Source: an uncultured virus (IMG/VR IMGVR_UViG_3300046786_000447) (Duplodnaviria; Heunggongvirae; Uroviricota; Caudoviricetes). From it: a DNA stretch of 64,000 nucleotides. Shown one piece after another: positions 47,185 to 56,554 of the stretch (the stretch's first letter is position 1; every line of letters begins with the position of its first letter). The translations under genes and the position numbers were made by a program. The DNA lies in IMG/VR virus record IMGVR_UViG_3300046786_000447. One strand, given 5' to 3'. Under the pieces are notes generated by a model that was not told the origin of the DNA, did not search any database, and saw only the letters and a list, made by a program, of their open reading frames with translations.

Positions 47185-48603
47185 TTAGCGACATATCTTA
47201 GTTTTGTAAGTGTTTTCCCACTCTACAATATCATTCTCATCATTTAGCAATGGCTGCCCCTTAACATTTAGGCTTGTATTCAATAGTACTGGGACTCCTG
47301 TTGCCTCGTAAAATTTTGTTAGCAGGGCATGTAGTCCAGGGTGCTGCTCTTTAGTTACAGTCTGCACTCTTGATGTACCGTCTACGTGAACAACAGAAGG
47401 AATCAGATCTGGCTTTAGACAGCGTGGGGTATACTGCATATATGGAGACTCATAGTTCATATCAAACCACTCAGAAGCATGCTCAGCTAACACTACTGGT
47501 GCAAATGGTCTAAAGAGTTCCCTCTTCTTAATTCTATTTACCTTATCTTTGATCTCTGGATCCCTTGGGTCTGCAAGAATACTTCTATTGCCCAATGCTC
47601 GTGGACCAAATTCTGCTTTTCCAGATGCAACTGCAACTACCTTATTTGTCATCAGCTCATCGAATAGCTTGTCTACTGGGTATTCTCCACCAAGATCATA
47701 CCCAAGGTAAGGACCTTCCCACTTTACATGTTTTCCATAAAGTGCAAGGGCAGCACCAAGTGAACTGCCAGCATCTCCAGGATTAGGCATAATCCAAACA
47801 TCTTTGAATAGACTCCAAAGCTTTGTATTTGCCTTGCTATTCAAAGCACAGCCACCCATAAATACTAGGTTGCTGTATTCTGGCAAATCTTGGCGTACCT
47901 GAAACATAAAATCCATTAGTCTTTCTTCATACACAAACTGAACAGCAGCAGCAATATCAAACTTGTCTTGCTCACTAACGATATTATATGGCCAGTCTGT
48001 TATACCTTTATGATAGTTATACTTCTGGCTATTTATGTTTGGAAAGTATGACAGCACTTCTTCGTAATAAGTTTTTGGATCTCCATACCCTGCCATACCC
48101 ATAAGAATGTACTCATGCTCGTTTGGCTTTAGTCCTATTAACTTAGTAAATGCAGTATAGAAAAGGCCAAAGCTTAGTGGATATTTAACTTCTTTAAATA
48201 ATTTTATATCTTCTCCATCTGCAGTCCAAACCGTAGATGTGGCAAATTCTCCCATTGCATCAAGAACAACTATTGCTGCCTTGTTAAAGTAACTGGTATA
48301 GTATCCAGCACAAGCATGCGAGTAATGGTGCTTAAAAGATACGTCATAGCTATGTGTTGGCTTCCAGTTAGCAGCACCACCATGTCTAAATAGTCTAAAA
48401 CGCTTAAGCCATGGCTTTTCATAGTATGCAGTTACATCTGACTTACCATACTGCAGGGCATCTTCCCATAGCTCACTGTTTGTGTACCAATCATTCTTTT
48501 CTTTGCTATATCGTTCAGCGTGACCTGCAAACAAAATCTTGCCGTCTTCGACTACAGCTAGAGCTGCATCGTGGGATGTTTCATTGAATCCAAATACTCT
48601 CAT
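47185..48603 (-). CDS. O-carbamoyltransferase (NodU/CmcH family)
   Basis: HDAA, ERYS..K, HH.SHA, EFGPRALGNRS, RPFAP, HVDGTSR.QTV, LNTSLN. Confidence 0.95.
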   Translation of the reverse strand: MRVFGFNETSHDAALAVVEDGKILFAGHAERYSKEKNDWYTNSELWEDALQYGKSDVTAYYEKPWLKRFRLFRHGGAANWKPTHSYDVSFKHHYSHACAGYYTSYFNKAAIVVLDAMGEFATSTVWTADGEDIKLFKEVKYPLSFGLFYTAFTKLIGLKPNEHEYILMGMAGYGDPKTYYEEVLSYFPNINSQKYNYHKGITDWPYNIVSEQDKFDIAAAVQFVYEERLMDFMFQVRQDLPEYSNLVFMGGCALNSKANTKLWSLFKDVWIMPNPGDAGSSLGAALALYGKHVKWEGPYLGYDLGGEYPVDKLFDELMTNKVVAVASGKAEFGPRALGNRSILADPRDPEIKDKVNRIKKRELFRPFAPVVLAEHASEWFDMNYESPYMQYTPRCLKPDLIPSVVHVDGTSRVQTVTKEQHPGLHALLTKFYEATGVPVLLNTSLNVKGQPLLNDENDIVEWENTYKTKICR

Positions 48604-49541
48604 CTTTTTACTCCAAAACAATTATCAAGTATATAATCACTCCACATTGTATGAAAATGTTCTCCAAAGTGAGAGTCATCTCTTGCTACCAAGCCAAAGT
48701 CCTTGTGCCCGTCTCTTATTTCAATCATGTGAACTTTTTCAAATATATCGCCTTCAGCAACCTTATGGAATGACTTTAGTTTGTGATCAGCCAGCTCATC
48801 TATTGTATTTTCGTCACCCCAGCTATCCCATGTAATCATAAACAGATCTATTCCTGCTTCTTTGCATAACAACTCAAGCATTTCTATTTGCTGAACTGTT
48901 AAAAATTTAATCAACATTTTTGTTGCTGGGCTCATCTTTAGCGGTGACTGCCTTATATCTGTTCCAGGCATTGTTGTTCTATCGTCACTAGTTGCACACA
49001 AACTAAGATCAACGCCCTCTGTAGTTACACTAGCATTGACTCCATAAAACCTATATATTTGTGGAAGATTGATAATTATTTTATCTGGCTTTCCAAACCT
49101 TTTTATATATTCAACAACCATATAGATTATTTGAAGTATGCTTAGGCCAGGAAATGATATGTTAAAGTATCCACTACACTTGGTTTGTTCAGATATTTTG
49201 TTGTATACCTTTTTTGCCCAAACTTCATCTTCAAATAATCCGTCACCCCATGTAACAGAACATCCAGCAAAAAGGATATGCTGACCATCATGCTCTGATG
49301 TAAAATCATCACACCTATATCCAAAATTATTAAATCTTGATATTGTTTCTTTTGCCCATGGATAAGTATCTCTATCTGAATACTCAACATTAAGAATGTC
49401 ATTGTTTTCATCAGCAATATTAACAATGGTGTGATGTAAATATCCAACAGTAAATGGAACGAGATCTGCTAAACCATTTTCTGGTTCAAAATAGTACTGA
49501 TCTCCTTTAGGAATACTGTATCTAAAAGGTGAGATTGGCAT
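48600..49541 (-). CDS. SGNH-hydrolase-like protein
   Basis: FAGCSVTWG, D.SHFG. Confidence 0.6.
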   Translation of the reverse strand: MPISPFRYSIPKGDQYYFEPENGLADLVPFTVGYLHHTIVNIADENNDILNVEYSDRDTYPWAKETISRFNNFGYRCDDFTSEHDGQHILFAGCSVTWGDGLFEDEVWAKKVYNKISEQTKCSGYFNISFPGLSILQIIYMVVEYIKRFGKPDKIIINLPQIYRFYGVNASVTTEGVDLSLCATSDDRTTMPGTDIRQSPLKMSPATKMLIKFLTVQQIEMLELLCKEAGIDLFMITWDSWGDENTIDELADHKLKSFHKVAEGDIFEKVHMIEIRDGHKDFGLVARDDSHFGEHFHTMWSDYILDNCFGVKR

Positions 49542-49628
49542 TAGTATATAAACTCTTTCTTTTTCAACTTCTTTTTATTCTTAATCTTCCATATTTTAAA
49601 TCTTATTTTCCAAATAATAGATTTCATG

Positions 49629-50276
49629 TTACTCCTGACCGTTTGACATAATTGGCTTTGCCATATTGTGATACCAATGTGGCATAGCATAACGAGATCC
49701 ATCTGTAACCTCAAATACTTCGTGTACGTAAAGGAAGTTTGATGGGAAGAACACAATGCTTCCAGCTTCAGGCTTTATCTTTACGCCAGACTGCCTAAAC
49801 TCAATCTCTCCGCCATCATAATTATCATTTAGATACATCACTGCAGAAAGAACTCTGCTAGATATACCATGGTCCTGATGTGGAGGAAGATGCCCACCAC
49901 CATCATATCTTAATAACGTACTTCCTAGCTCTTCAGACTTTATGTTATTTTTAGCAAACGGATATATTGAACAATAATGTTCGAATGCCCTATCTAGTGC
50001 ACCAAATACAGTATCTCCAAGCTCCATCATTTCGTCTTTATAATAACATTCTGGAGAGATATCCCTTGATCTAAATATATTTTTTCTATAGTTAAATGGT
50101 TTTGGCATATGTTCATCCCACCAAGGCTCCCAACCATCTGCCTGAGCAGTCTGCACTCCATGCTCTTTTGCTTCGACACGTCTTGCAACATCCTCAGCCA
50201 AGTCAATAACTTTTTGTGGGTTATCCATAACGTTTGTATAATATACAAGACCTAAATCTAAAACTTTAAAGTCCAC
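49629..50276 (-). CDS. prolyl-4-hydroxylase-like 2OG-Fe(II) oxygenase
   Basis: RY..G..L.PH.D, YLND.Y.GGE, FPS...Y.HEV..V..G.RY. Confidence 0.9.
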   Translation of the reverse strand: MDFKVLDLGLVYYTNVMDNPQKVIDLAEDVARRVEAKEHGVQTAQADGWEPWWDEHMPKPFNYRKNIFRSRDISPECYYKDEMMELGDTVFGALDRAFEHYCSIYPFAKNNIKSEELGSTLLRYDGGGHLPPHQDHGISSRVLSAVMYLNDNYDGGEIEFRQSGVKIKPEAGSIVFFPSNFLYVHEVFEVTDGSRYAMPHWYHNMAKPIMSNGQE

Positions 50277-50874
50277 GCTCTTCCTCTTCCATATCGTATT
50301 CAGCTGCTGCATACCCAAGATAGTCATCTGGCTCAACCATATCTGGGTCTGCATATTGTGGATCACTAGTTAAGCAAACCACAACAGAAAATCTTTCTCC
50401 AGATTTCATCTCTGAAATTCCGTGCATATATTCTCCACCAGCTGATGGGAAAATAACACCATCAAGGTCTACTGGCTTATAGATAAATCCTTGATTTGGA
50501 AAGTGAAGGTTTGCACCAGTAAATTTTCCACCAGGATACAAAACTGCACTCCACTCAATCCATGGCTCAGGGTCAACTGAGTCAGTGTGTACTCCGCCAG
50601 AGTATCCAACCTGTGTTGTATAGTTCATAAAAACTTTATAAACATAAACTGGATTTTTAAATCCATAAAGCTCTTTAACATATTCAGCAGCTTTGCGTCC
50701 ATACTTCTTATTCAAGTATCTTGTATTTTCATTGTAAGGAAGAGCTGTGCCACCAAACCTATCCTTGTAGTATTCTGGAAATGGCTCAACCTTAGAAGGT
50801 TTTCTTGCCTCATCCATGTAGAGCTGTGCATCGTTTGGCTCTATAAAATTATTAATTATCTTTATACTATTCAT
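50266..50874 (-). CDS. 2OG-Fe(II) oxygenase
   Basis: H.D, FPS...Y.HG...SGERF. Confidence 0.8.
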   Translation of the reverse strand: MNSIKIINNFIEPNDAQLYMDEARKPSKVEPFPEYYKDRFGGTALPYNENTRYLNKKYGRKAAEYVKELYGFKNPVYVYKVFMNYTTQVGYSGGVHTDSVDPEPWIEWSAVLYPGGKFTGANLHFPNQGFIYKPVDLDGVIFPSAGGEYMHGISEMKSGERFSVVVCLTSDPQYADPDMVEPDDYLGYAAAEYDMEEEERGL

Positions 50875-51749
50875 TAGTAGATCGCCTTTACTCCAACTAT
50901 AAATCTTCTAGCATCAACGCTGTGCATGTCAAGTTTGTATGGGTCATAGCTGACATCGTTAGTCTGATATGGAAGATAGTTAATTGATTCTGGATTGATA
51001 TTATATGAATTTATGAATGCAAGTCTTCCTTGCTCATTCATTTCATACCTTTCAAGATCAACACCCTTAATAAGTCCAACAACTATATTGTAATTATGTT
51101 CTTTTGACCAAATACAATATTTATTTTCAATTGATCTTTCTTTATTATCAGACATCATACTTGATGGCATTGAGCAAATCTGATAACCCTTTGATAGAAA
51201 AGCAATAGATAGATATTCTTGCTCTCCAGCATACTTCAAAAAATCTGGGTAGCGAATTTGATTGAAAGCTTCACTAGATCCAAATATAAAGTTTCTGTCT
51301 ATAAAGTTAGTGACCTTATAATTATCCCAGTCTGACCATTCTGGCTTTATGTCAAACAGGTTTGGCTGAGTTACTTCAACTTTTCCAGCACCAGAAATAA
51401 TAGTTGGAACATCCTGAGATTCAACATATTGCACCAACTCCCTGTCCCATCCGTCAGACAAAGTTATGTCTGGGGATATTAGACAAATATAGTCTGCACC
51501 TCTCATATCATGAAGCTTATTATGACGTGCTCTACAATGACCAGCTATATCATCCCAAATCTTGTGGTCATAAGAGCAATACTCTTCTATGTCCTTGAAG
51601 TCATTTCTATGATCAATTGCGTTTTGGTCAAATATATTAAACCTAACTTCATGGTATGACTTAGACTTTATATCATCTACCATGGCCCTTAGATTCTTAT
51701 CTTTATAGCCCACTATGATTACAGCAATTGACTTAGTCTGATTCATCAT
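50874..51749 (-). CDS. GT-A glycosyltransferase (GT60-like)
   Basis: GYKD..L, GWD..L, Y.GEQEYLSI..L..GY; similar layout to 33425-34375. Confidence 0.6.
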   Translation of the reverse strand: MMNQTKSIAVIIVGYKDKNLRAMVDDIKSKSYHEVRFNIFDQNAIDHRNDFKDIEEYCSYDHKIWDDIAGHCRARHNKLHDMRGADYICLISPDITLSDGWDRELVQYVESQDVPTIISGAGKVEVTQPNLFDIKPEWSDWDNYKVTNFIDRNFIFGSSEAFNQIRYPDFLKYAGEQEYLSIAFLSKGYQICSMPSSMMSDNKERSIENKYCIWSKEHNYNIVVGLIKGVDLERYEMNEQGRLAFINSYNINPESINYLPYQTNDVSYDPYKLDMHSVDARRFIVGVKAIY

Positions 51750-52518
51750 GCTTTACCTCTTTAAACAATTTTCCAGCAAGACCAAAGATCTTTCTTCTCC
51801 ATGCAGTTTCTTTATAGTAACCATATAGTCTTGATCTTCTGTTTTCTGCCCTGAACCAATGTTTTTCATGTGCCTCTGGCGTATGATCTGTCTCAAGCTC
51901 CCAGTTATCTCTCTTAAATGGTATCATTTGAAATATTGGTGTGCCCTTTGGAATTACCCCACGGAAGCCACGCTTAAGGAAGAATGCAGTAAATACTGGA
52001 AGCCCCCAAATATCTGCCTCAACGATTCCTGACAAGGTATAGAAGGGCAGGTCGTGCCTATTCATTGGATGAGTTATTAATACAGAATATCCTGGTGGTG
52101 TTTCATAGTACCAGTTCATTCTCCAGCCATAGTGAATTGGATGGCAATTATCTGGAAGTGGAACATCAAATATTGGCCTTGTGTCAACTAACATTACATC
52201 ACCATTCCAAGACAATATTGGGTGTCCATTTTCATCCATATCTACATATAGATCATCTTCAAGACAGTATTGGTAGCCAGCGGTTAGTGCATCAAAATAT
52301 GGCATACACATTTTTGTAGACACCATTGCACCATCATTGCCAATGTTATTTTTAACCCCAAGTGTTGTATCGTCATTAGACTTATCAAATCTTGCCAAGT
52401 GACGATACCACTCTGGAACATGCTTAGCAGCTGGTTCTGGTGGATACAACACAGGATGTCCTGGCTTCTGTGGGTTGCCAGGTACAAATGTAATCTTCTG
52501 TGTTACATCCTTAGCCAT
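51733..52518 (-). CDS. hypothetical protein, paralog of 52518-53240
   Basis: shared P.WY, T.K.CMP.FDA..AGY, TP.GYS.L...P, G.V..D, IP.GTPI.Q.IPFKR..W. Confidence 0.75.
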   Translation of the reverse strand: MAKDVTQKITFVPGNPQKPGHPVLYPPEPAAKHVPEWYRHLARFDKSNDDTTLGVKNNIGNDGAMVSTKMCMPYFDALTAGYQYCLEDDLYVDMDENGHPILSWNGDVMLVDTRPIFDVPLPDNCHPIHYGWRMNWYYETPPGYSVLITHPMNRHDLPFYTLSGIVEADIWGLPVFTAFFLKRGFRGVIPKGTPIFQMIPFKRDNWELETDHTPEAHEKHWFRAENRRSRLYGYYKETAWRRKIFGLAGKLFKEVKHDESD

Positions 52519-53240
52519 TACTTATACTCTTTACGGCTTCTAAACTTATTCTTATACCCATTACTAAAGGTACTACGCAAACTATGACGCTGAGGAATGA
52601 TGTCCTTCTTGGTTGCTTCATAGCTCTCAATCTTCATCTGCCAGTCTTCTCTCTTAAAAGGAATTACCTGAGCGATTGGCGTTCCTTGTGGGATTACGCC
52701 CTTGAAGCCCTTTTCTACCCAGAACGAGAAGTGCCCATCAGTAGCAAACCCATCTGTATCTACAAGTCCTGCCACAGCAAACAGTGGAGATGTATCACCA
52801 TGTAGTGGTTGCATAATTAGTGTGCTATAACCCTTTGGTGTCTTTACCATCCAGAATGGCATAATTCTTAGAAGATCTTGGTGCCACTTTTCTCCATAAG
52901 GATATTTTTCATACTGTCTACGTTCATGCGAAGCGAACATATCACCCTTGAACTTTGACATAGCCAAAGGAATTTGCCAAGTAAGCTTTTCTCCAGTTGC
53001 ATCTACAAAGACATCCATAGGAAGTCTTAGCGTATATCCTGCTGTAATTGCATCAAAAATTGGCATACACTTCTTTACAGTGCTTGCAGGCTGACCTGTC
53101 TGTGCCATCATTTCACCTGAATCAATTGATCCTGGTGTGTCCTTGTACCACTGTGGTAGATTCTTAGATCCTGGTGTTGGCTCTGGTACGAAACTTTCTA
53201 CATCATCATTCAATGGGTAGAACTGTATTATATTTGTCAT
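52518..53240 (-). CDS. hypothetical protein, paralog of 51733-52518
   Basis: same motif set. Confidence 0.75.
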   Translation of the reverse strand: MTNIIQFYPLNDDVESFVPEPTPGSKNLPQWYKDTPGSIDSGEMMAQTGQPASTVKKCMPIFDAITAGYTLRLPMDVFVDATGEKLTWQIPLAMSKFKGDMFASHERRQYEKYPYGEKWHQDLLRIMPFWMVKTPKGYSTLIMQPLHGDTSPLFAVAGLVDTDGFATDGHFSFWVEKGFKGVIPQGTPIAQVIPFKREDWQMKIESYEATKKDIIPQRHSLRSTFSNGYKNKFRSRKEYK

Positions 53241-53901
53241 AGAATTCCTTTACTCTTTCTACTATTATATCACTTGCATAAAAAACTATGTCGAACATAG
53301 CTGATTGTCTTGGTATCTTGCCAAAATCTGGATTAACCATGTGTGGGCCAACGTTCCTAAAATTAAAAGGAACAAACGGAGGCTCTAAATATTTTACTGA
53401 TTGATCTATCTTGGCAAACCTATGTCTAATCGGATAAGTATTAAATGGTGTAACTATTGGAGATGGCTCAATAAAAACTTCAACGTTCTCATCTATTATC
53501 CATGGAACATAAAATTTGTAGGTTCCATCAAAACAATCCTGTGCTTTTAGATCAAGTTTAGTATTATAATACTGTCTCATCCAAGGCCTATCTCTATTTA
53601 TAAATCCTTCGTGCTCGTGGATTAAAAGAAACATTTCTGCATGGTTGCCTTGGCGAAGTCTAACTATATTATTTTCAATACTAATAAGCTGTGGTGGTGG
53701 AACCAAAGCTTCTACGTATTTATTAATAGGCTTGATTACTTGATCTGAATATGGACCAGTTCTTATTCTATTAAAGTTCATCCAGAATTCGGGTATGCCA
53801 GACTTAAAGCATATGTCCACAAACTGTGGGTCTTTGGTGTCATACCATACTGTAAATGTTGGTGCTTCACCAGTTGTTATCTGAGGCTTTTCCATATCCA
53901 A
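53206..53901 (-). CDS. hypothetical protein
   Basis: ORF track. Confidence 0.6.
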   Translation of the reverse strand: MDMEKPQITTGEAPTFTVWYDTKDPQFVDICFKSGIPEFWMNFNRIRTGPYSDQVIKPINKYVEALVPPPQLISIENNIVRLRQGNHAEMFLLIHEHEGFINRDRPWMRQYYNTKLDLKAQDCFDGTYKFYVPWIIDENVEVFIEPSPIVTPFNTYPIRHRFAKIDQSVKYLEPPFVPFNFRNVGPHMVNPDFGKIPRQSAMFDIVFYASDIIVERVKEFYDKYNTVLPIE

Positions 53902-53965
53902 ACCTTTCTAAGTAACAAGTATACCACTTTTACCAGCTTTTTGCAGTTAGTGATATACTGGAGAT

Positions 53966-54685
53966 ATGGGACTATTAACTGTAGGATGCTTTCATCTTGG
54001 CAATAAGGATGATATTTCTTTAACTACCCAGAAGGCTATAGACTCTGCAGATCTTTTAGTCATAGAAAATAATATCGATCATCGTTTTGGCTATAAAACT
54101 ATGCTAGAAGATAACCTTGAAGTATTTTTTAATAATAATACAAATAAAAATAGAATCATAATACAGTACGGAACTAAAATGCTTGACCTTTTACCAGAAG
54201 TTGAGTTATTCAAAAAATATCTTCAAGACGGCAGAAATGTAGTTGTATTAAGTGATGAAGGGTCCCCACTAATAGATGACAGCGGAACGTTATCTATTAA
54301 GATAGCTAGAAATCTTGGCCATGATGTTAATTTTTTATCTGGCCCTGCTACCCCAATGCTTGTTTATTCTAATGCTTTTAAATTTATATTAGATTTTCCA
54401 AACCTAGTCGATGGATTTTGCTTTATTGCAGCAAGATCAGATGACGAGGAGAGCTTATCTAAAGTTAGAAAAGCACTTGATGCAGGAATAAGTGTTGTTT
54501 TAAACTTTACACAGACTTGGGAAAACTCTAGACTAGATCTTTTGTTTGGTAATAGAAAAGTAATTCTTTGCCTTGACCTGACTTTAGAAACTGAAAAAGT
54601 CTGGATATCTCAACTCAGCAAGGTCAGCAAATATACATCTGATGGTGGAGTGCTATCTATGCTTATTCTACCAGACATTGTCTAA
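53966..54685 (+). CDS. RsmI-like methyltransferase (second copy)
   Basis: LGN.DDIS, D....E, LSDEG.P.I.D.G, LSGP, LT.E.E. Confidence 0.75.
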   Translation: MGLLTVGCFHLGNKDDISLTTQKAIDSADLLVIENNIDHRFGYKTMLEDNLEVFFNNNTNKNRIIIQYGTKMLDLLPEVELFKKYLQDGRNVVVLSDEGSPLIDDSGTLSIKIARNLGHDVNFLSGPATPMLVYSNAFKFILDFPNLVDGFCFIAARSDDEESLSKVRKALDAGISVVLNFTQTWENSRLDLLFGNRKVILCLDLTLETEKVWISQLSKVSKYTSDGGVLSMLILPDIV

Positions 54686-54691
54686 CTATTG

Positions 54692-54763
54692 CATTCCTAT
54701 CTGGATTCGAACCAAAAATAACAGATTCAAAGTCTGCTGTGTTGCCAATTACACCATAGGAAT
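54692..54763 (-). tRNA. tRNA-Gln(UUG)
   Basis: anticodon loop CTTTGAA. Confidence 0.85.
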
Positions 54764-54764
54764 A

Positions 54765-54839
54765 TGGCTCCCAGATCTGGATTCGAACCAAAACAAACAG
54801 AGTCAGAGTCTATTGTGCTACCGTTACACCATCTGGGAA
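54765..54839 (-). tRNA. tRNA-Gln(CUG)
   Basis: anticodon loop CTCTGAC; CCA. Confidence 0.85.
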
Positions 54840-54913
54840 TGGTGGATCTACATGGTATCGAACCATGTTCCTCAGATTAAGAGTCTGATGCATCACCTTA
54901 ATGCTTTAGATCC
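54840..54913 (-). tRNA. tRNA-Lys(CUU)
   Basis: anticodon loop CTCTTAA; CCA. Confidence 0.85.
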
Positions 54914-54917
54914 ACGG

Positions 54918-55001
54918 CGGAAACAGTAGGATTCGAACCTACGGGGCTGTTACACCCACGGTTTAGCAAACCGCTGCAATGGACCACTCTGCCATGCTTC
55001 C
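54918..55001 (-). tRNA. tRNA-Ser(GCU)
   Basis: anticodon loop TTGCTAA; long variable arm. Confidence 0.85.
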
Positions 55002-55002
55002 G

Positions 55003-55075
55003 TGCCCCCAGATGGATTCGAACCATCGCTAAAACGATTTTAAGTCGCTTACCTCTACCACTGGGCTATAAGGGC
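55003..55075 (-). tRNA. tRNA-Leu(UAA), short variable arm
   Basis: anticodon loop CTTAAAA. Confidence 0.8.
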
Positions 55076-55079
55076 TTTG

Positions 55080-55152
55080 TGCTTCCCATAGGATTTGAAC
55101 CTATACTGATCAGGGTTTGAAGCTGATGTCTCTACCGTTGGACTAGGGAAGC
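55080..55152 (-). tRNA. tRNA-Leu(CAA), short variable arm
   Basis: anticodon loop TTCAAAC; C31-C39 mismatch. Confidence 0.75.
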
Positions 55153-55153
55153 C

Positions 55154-55243
55154 TGGCGGAAGGAGGGAGAGTCGAACTCCCAAGGGCTTTAACACCTCAA
55201 CTGTTTTCAAGACAGGTTCCGTCGCCAATCGGATTGTCCTTCC
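55154..55243 (-). tRNA. tRNA-Ser(UGA)
   Basis: anticodon loop CTTGAAA; long variable arm; CCA. Confidence 0.85.
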
Positions 55244-55244
55244 G

Positions 55245-55317
55245 TGCTTCCCGTGAGATTTGAACTCACACTTTGTAGCTTCTAAGACTACTGCCTCTAC
55301 CGTTGGGCTAGAGAAGC
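55245..55317 (-). tRNA. tRNA-Leu(UAG), short variable arm
   Basis: anticodon loop CTTAGAA. Confidence 0.8.
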
Positions 55318-55318
55318 G

Positions 55319-55389
55319 TAGTCCATAAGAGAATCGAACTCCTGTCTACTGGATGTAAGCCAGCTGCTCTACCATTGAGCTAATGGACT
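55319..55389 (-). tRNA. tRNA-Val(UAC)
   Basis: anticodon loop CTTACAT. Confidence 0.85.
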
Positions 55390-55393
55390 GCTG

Positions 55394-55466
55394 TGGATCT
55401 TAGGAGAATCGAACTCCTAGCCTTCTGAATGCAAATCAGATGCTCTCCCAATTGAGCTAAAGACCC
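55394..55466 (-). tRNA. tRNA-Ala(UGC)
   Basis: anticodon loop TTTGCAT; G3-U70. Confidence 0.85.
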
Positions 55467-55540
55467 TGGGGTGAACGAGGGGAATCGAACCCCCACCTCT
55501 TGGACCACAACCAAGCGTTCTGCCGTTGAACTACGCACAC
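55467..55540 (-). tRNA. tRNA-His(GUG)
   Basis: anticodon loop TTGTGGT; CCA. Confidence 0.85.
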
Positions 55541-55542
55541 AG

Positions 55543-55622
55543 TCCCTGCTGTTGGAATCGAACCAACCATGCTAGCAAGCGAGAGATTTACAGTCTCCGT
55601 CCACACCTTGTGGATAGCAGGG
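55543..55622 (-). tRNA. tRNA-Tyr(GUA)
   Basis: anticodon loop CTGTAAA; variable arm. Confidence 0.8.
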
Positions 55623-55627
55623 TAACG

Positions 55628-55699
55628 TACCAATAAAAGGATTCGAACCTTTGACCGATGGCTTCGTAGGCCATTGCTCTTCCGCTGAGCTATATTGGT
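55628..55699 (-). tRNA. tRNA-Arg(ACG)
   Basis: anticodon loop CTACGAA. Confidence 0.85.
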
Positions 55700-55703
55700 A
55701 AAG

Positions 55704-55775
55704 TCTAGATGGCAGGGTTCGAACCTACGGTCTCCTGTTCCCAAAACAGGCGTGATACCACTTCACTACATCCAG
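55704..55775 (-). tRNA. tRNA-Pro(UGG)
   Basis: anticodon loop TTTGGGA. Confidence 0.85.
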
Positions 55776-55776
55776 T

Positions 55777-55854
55777 TGGTTGCGGAGGCAGGATTTGAAC
55801 CTACGACCTTCAGCTTATGAGGCTGCTGAGCTGTCCTAACTGCTCTACTCCGCA
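55777..55854 (-). tRNA. tRNA-Met(CAU), initiator-like 5' end
   Basis: anticodon loop CTCATAA; 5' TGCGGAGTAGAGCAG; ends ACCA. Confidence 0.85.
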
Positions 55855-55860
55855 ATGTAC

Positions 55861-55889
55861 ATTATACTTCTTCTCTATTTAATTGTCAA
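55861..55889 (-). promoter_or_regulatory. consensus SigA promoter driving the distal tRNA array
   Basis: TTGACA-N17-TATAAT, 6 nt before tRNA-Met. Confidence 0.85.
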
Positions 55890-55890
55890 G

Positions 55891-55963
55891 TCCTAACACT
55901 TGGAATCGAACCAAGAACCTTCTGTGCTTCAAACAGACGCTCTACCAATTGAGCTATATCAGG
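55891..55963 (-). tRNA. tRNA-Phe(GAA)
   Basis: anticodon loop TTGAAGC. Confidence 0.8.
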
Positions 55964-56037
55964 TGGCAAAGTATGTAGGAATCGAACCCACGCCAACAGG
56001 TTTGGAAGCTGTTGTGCTACCACTACACCAATACGAT
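55964..56037 (-). tRNA. tRNA-Trp(CCA), imperfect acceptor stem
   Basis: anticodon loop TTCCAAA; two acceptor-stem mismatches. Confidence 0.7.
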
Positions 56038-56041
56038 ATGT

Positions 56042-56221
56042 TATGGAACTAACTGTTTGGTATTATATTAAGTTATGATTGTTTGGATTGTTATTAGATA
56101 ATCTATTTGTTTAAGCGAGTTAGATTAGATACTCGGCTGGAGACTGGCTAAATGCCAAGAGTACGCCAGACTAAATCGCACATGCGATTGCTGGTTTGAA
56201 TACTTCATAGTTAGCTCCATA
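56042..56221 (-). ncRNA. candidate ~180-nt ncRNA in tRNA array
   Basis: 13-bp end-to-end stem; own TGCTATAAT promoter; internal hairpins. Confidence 0.5.
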
Positions 56222-56252
56222 GTTATATTATAGCATACTTTTTATGCTATTG

Positions 56253-56324
56253 TAGCCCCAACGGGAATCGAACCCGTCTTGCCAGATTGAAAATCTGGAG
56301 TCCTAACCGATAGACGATGGGGCC
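56253..56324 (-). tRNA. tRNA-Glu(UUC)
   Basis: anticodon loop TTTTCAA. Confidence 0.85.
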
Positions 56325-56480
56325 AGGTGGAATGGTATGATAATCGGTCATCCATTCCTAGTCAGCACTCCTCTGACAGCAGAGAGACAGTCCGTATCTG
56401 TTCACGTCTACATTTCGCAGTAGATTCGTCATGTTCTTTATGGACTTACATGAATGACCTATTGGCGATTAACCCAATTG

Positions 56481-56554
56481 AGCTCCCTGTCAGGTTCGAA
56501 CTGACGACCTATCGCTTACAAGGCGATTGCTCTGGCCAACTGAGCTAAGGAAGC
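56481..56554 (-). tRNA. tRNA-Thr(UGU)
   Basis: anticodon loop CTTGTAA. Confidence 0.9.

Noticed and set aside
55080..55152. Possible UCA opal-suppressor/Sec tRNA implying recoding
   Set aside because: D-arm register places the loop as TTCAAAC (CAA, Leu); known genes read intact in code 11 with normal stops
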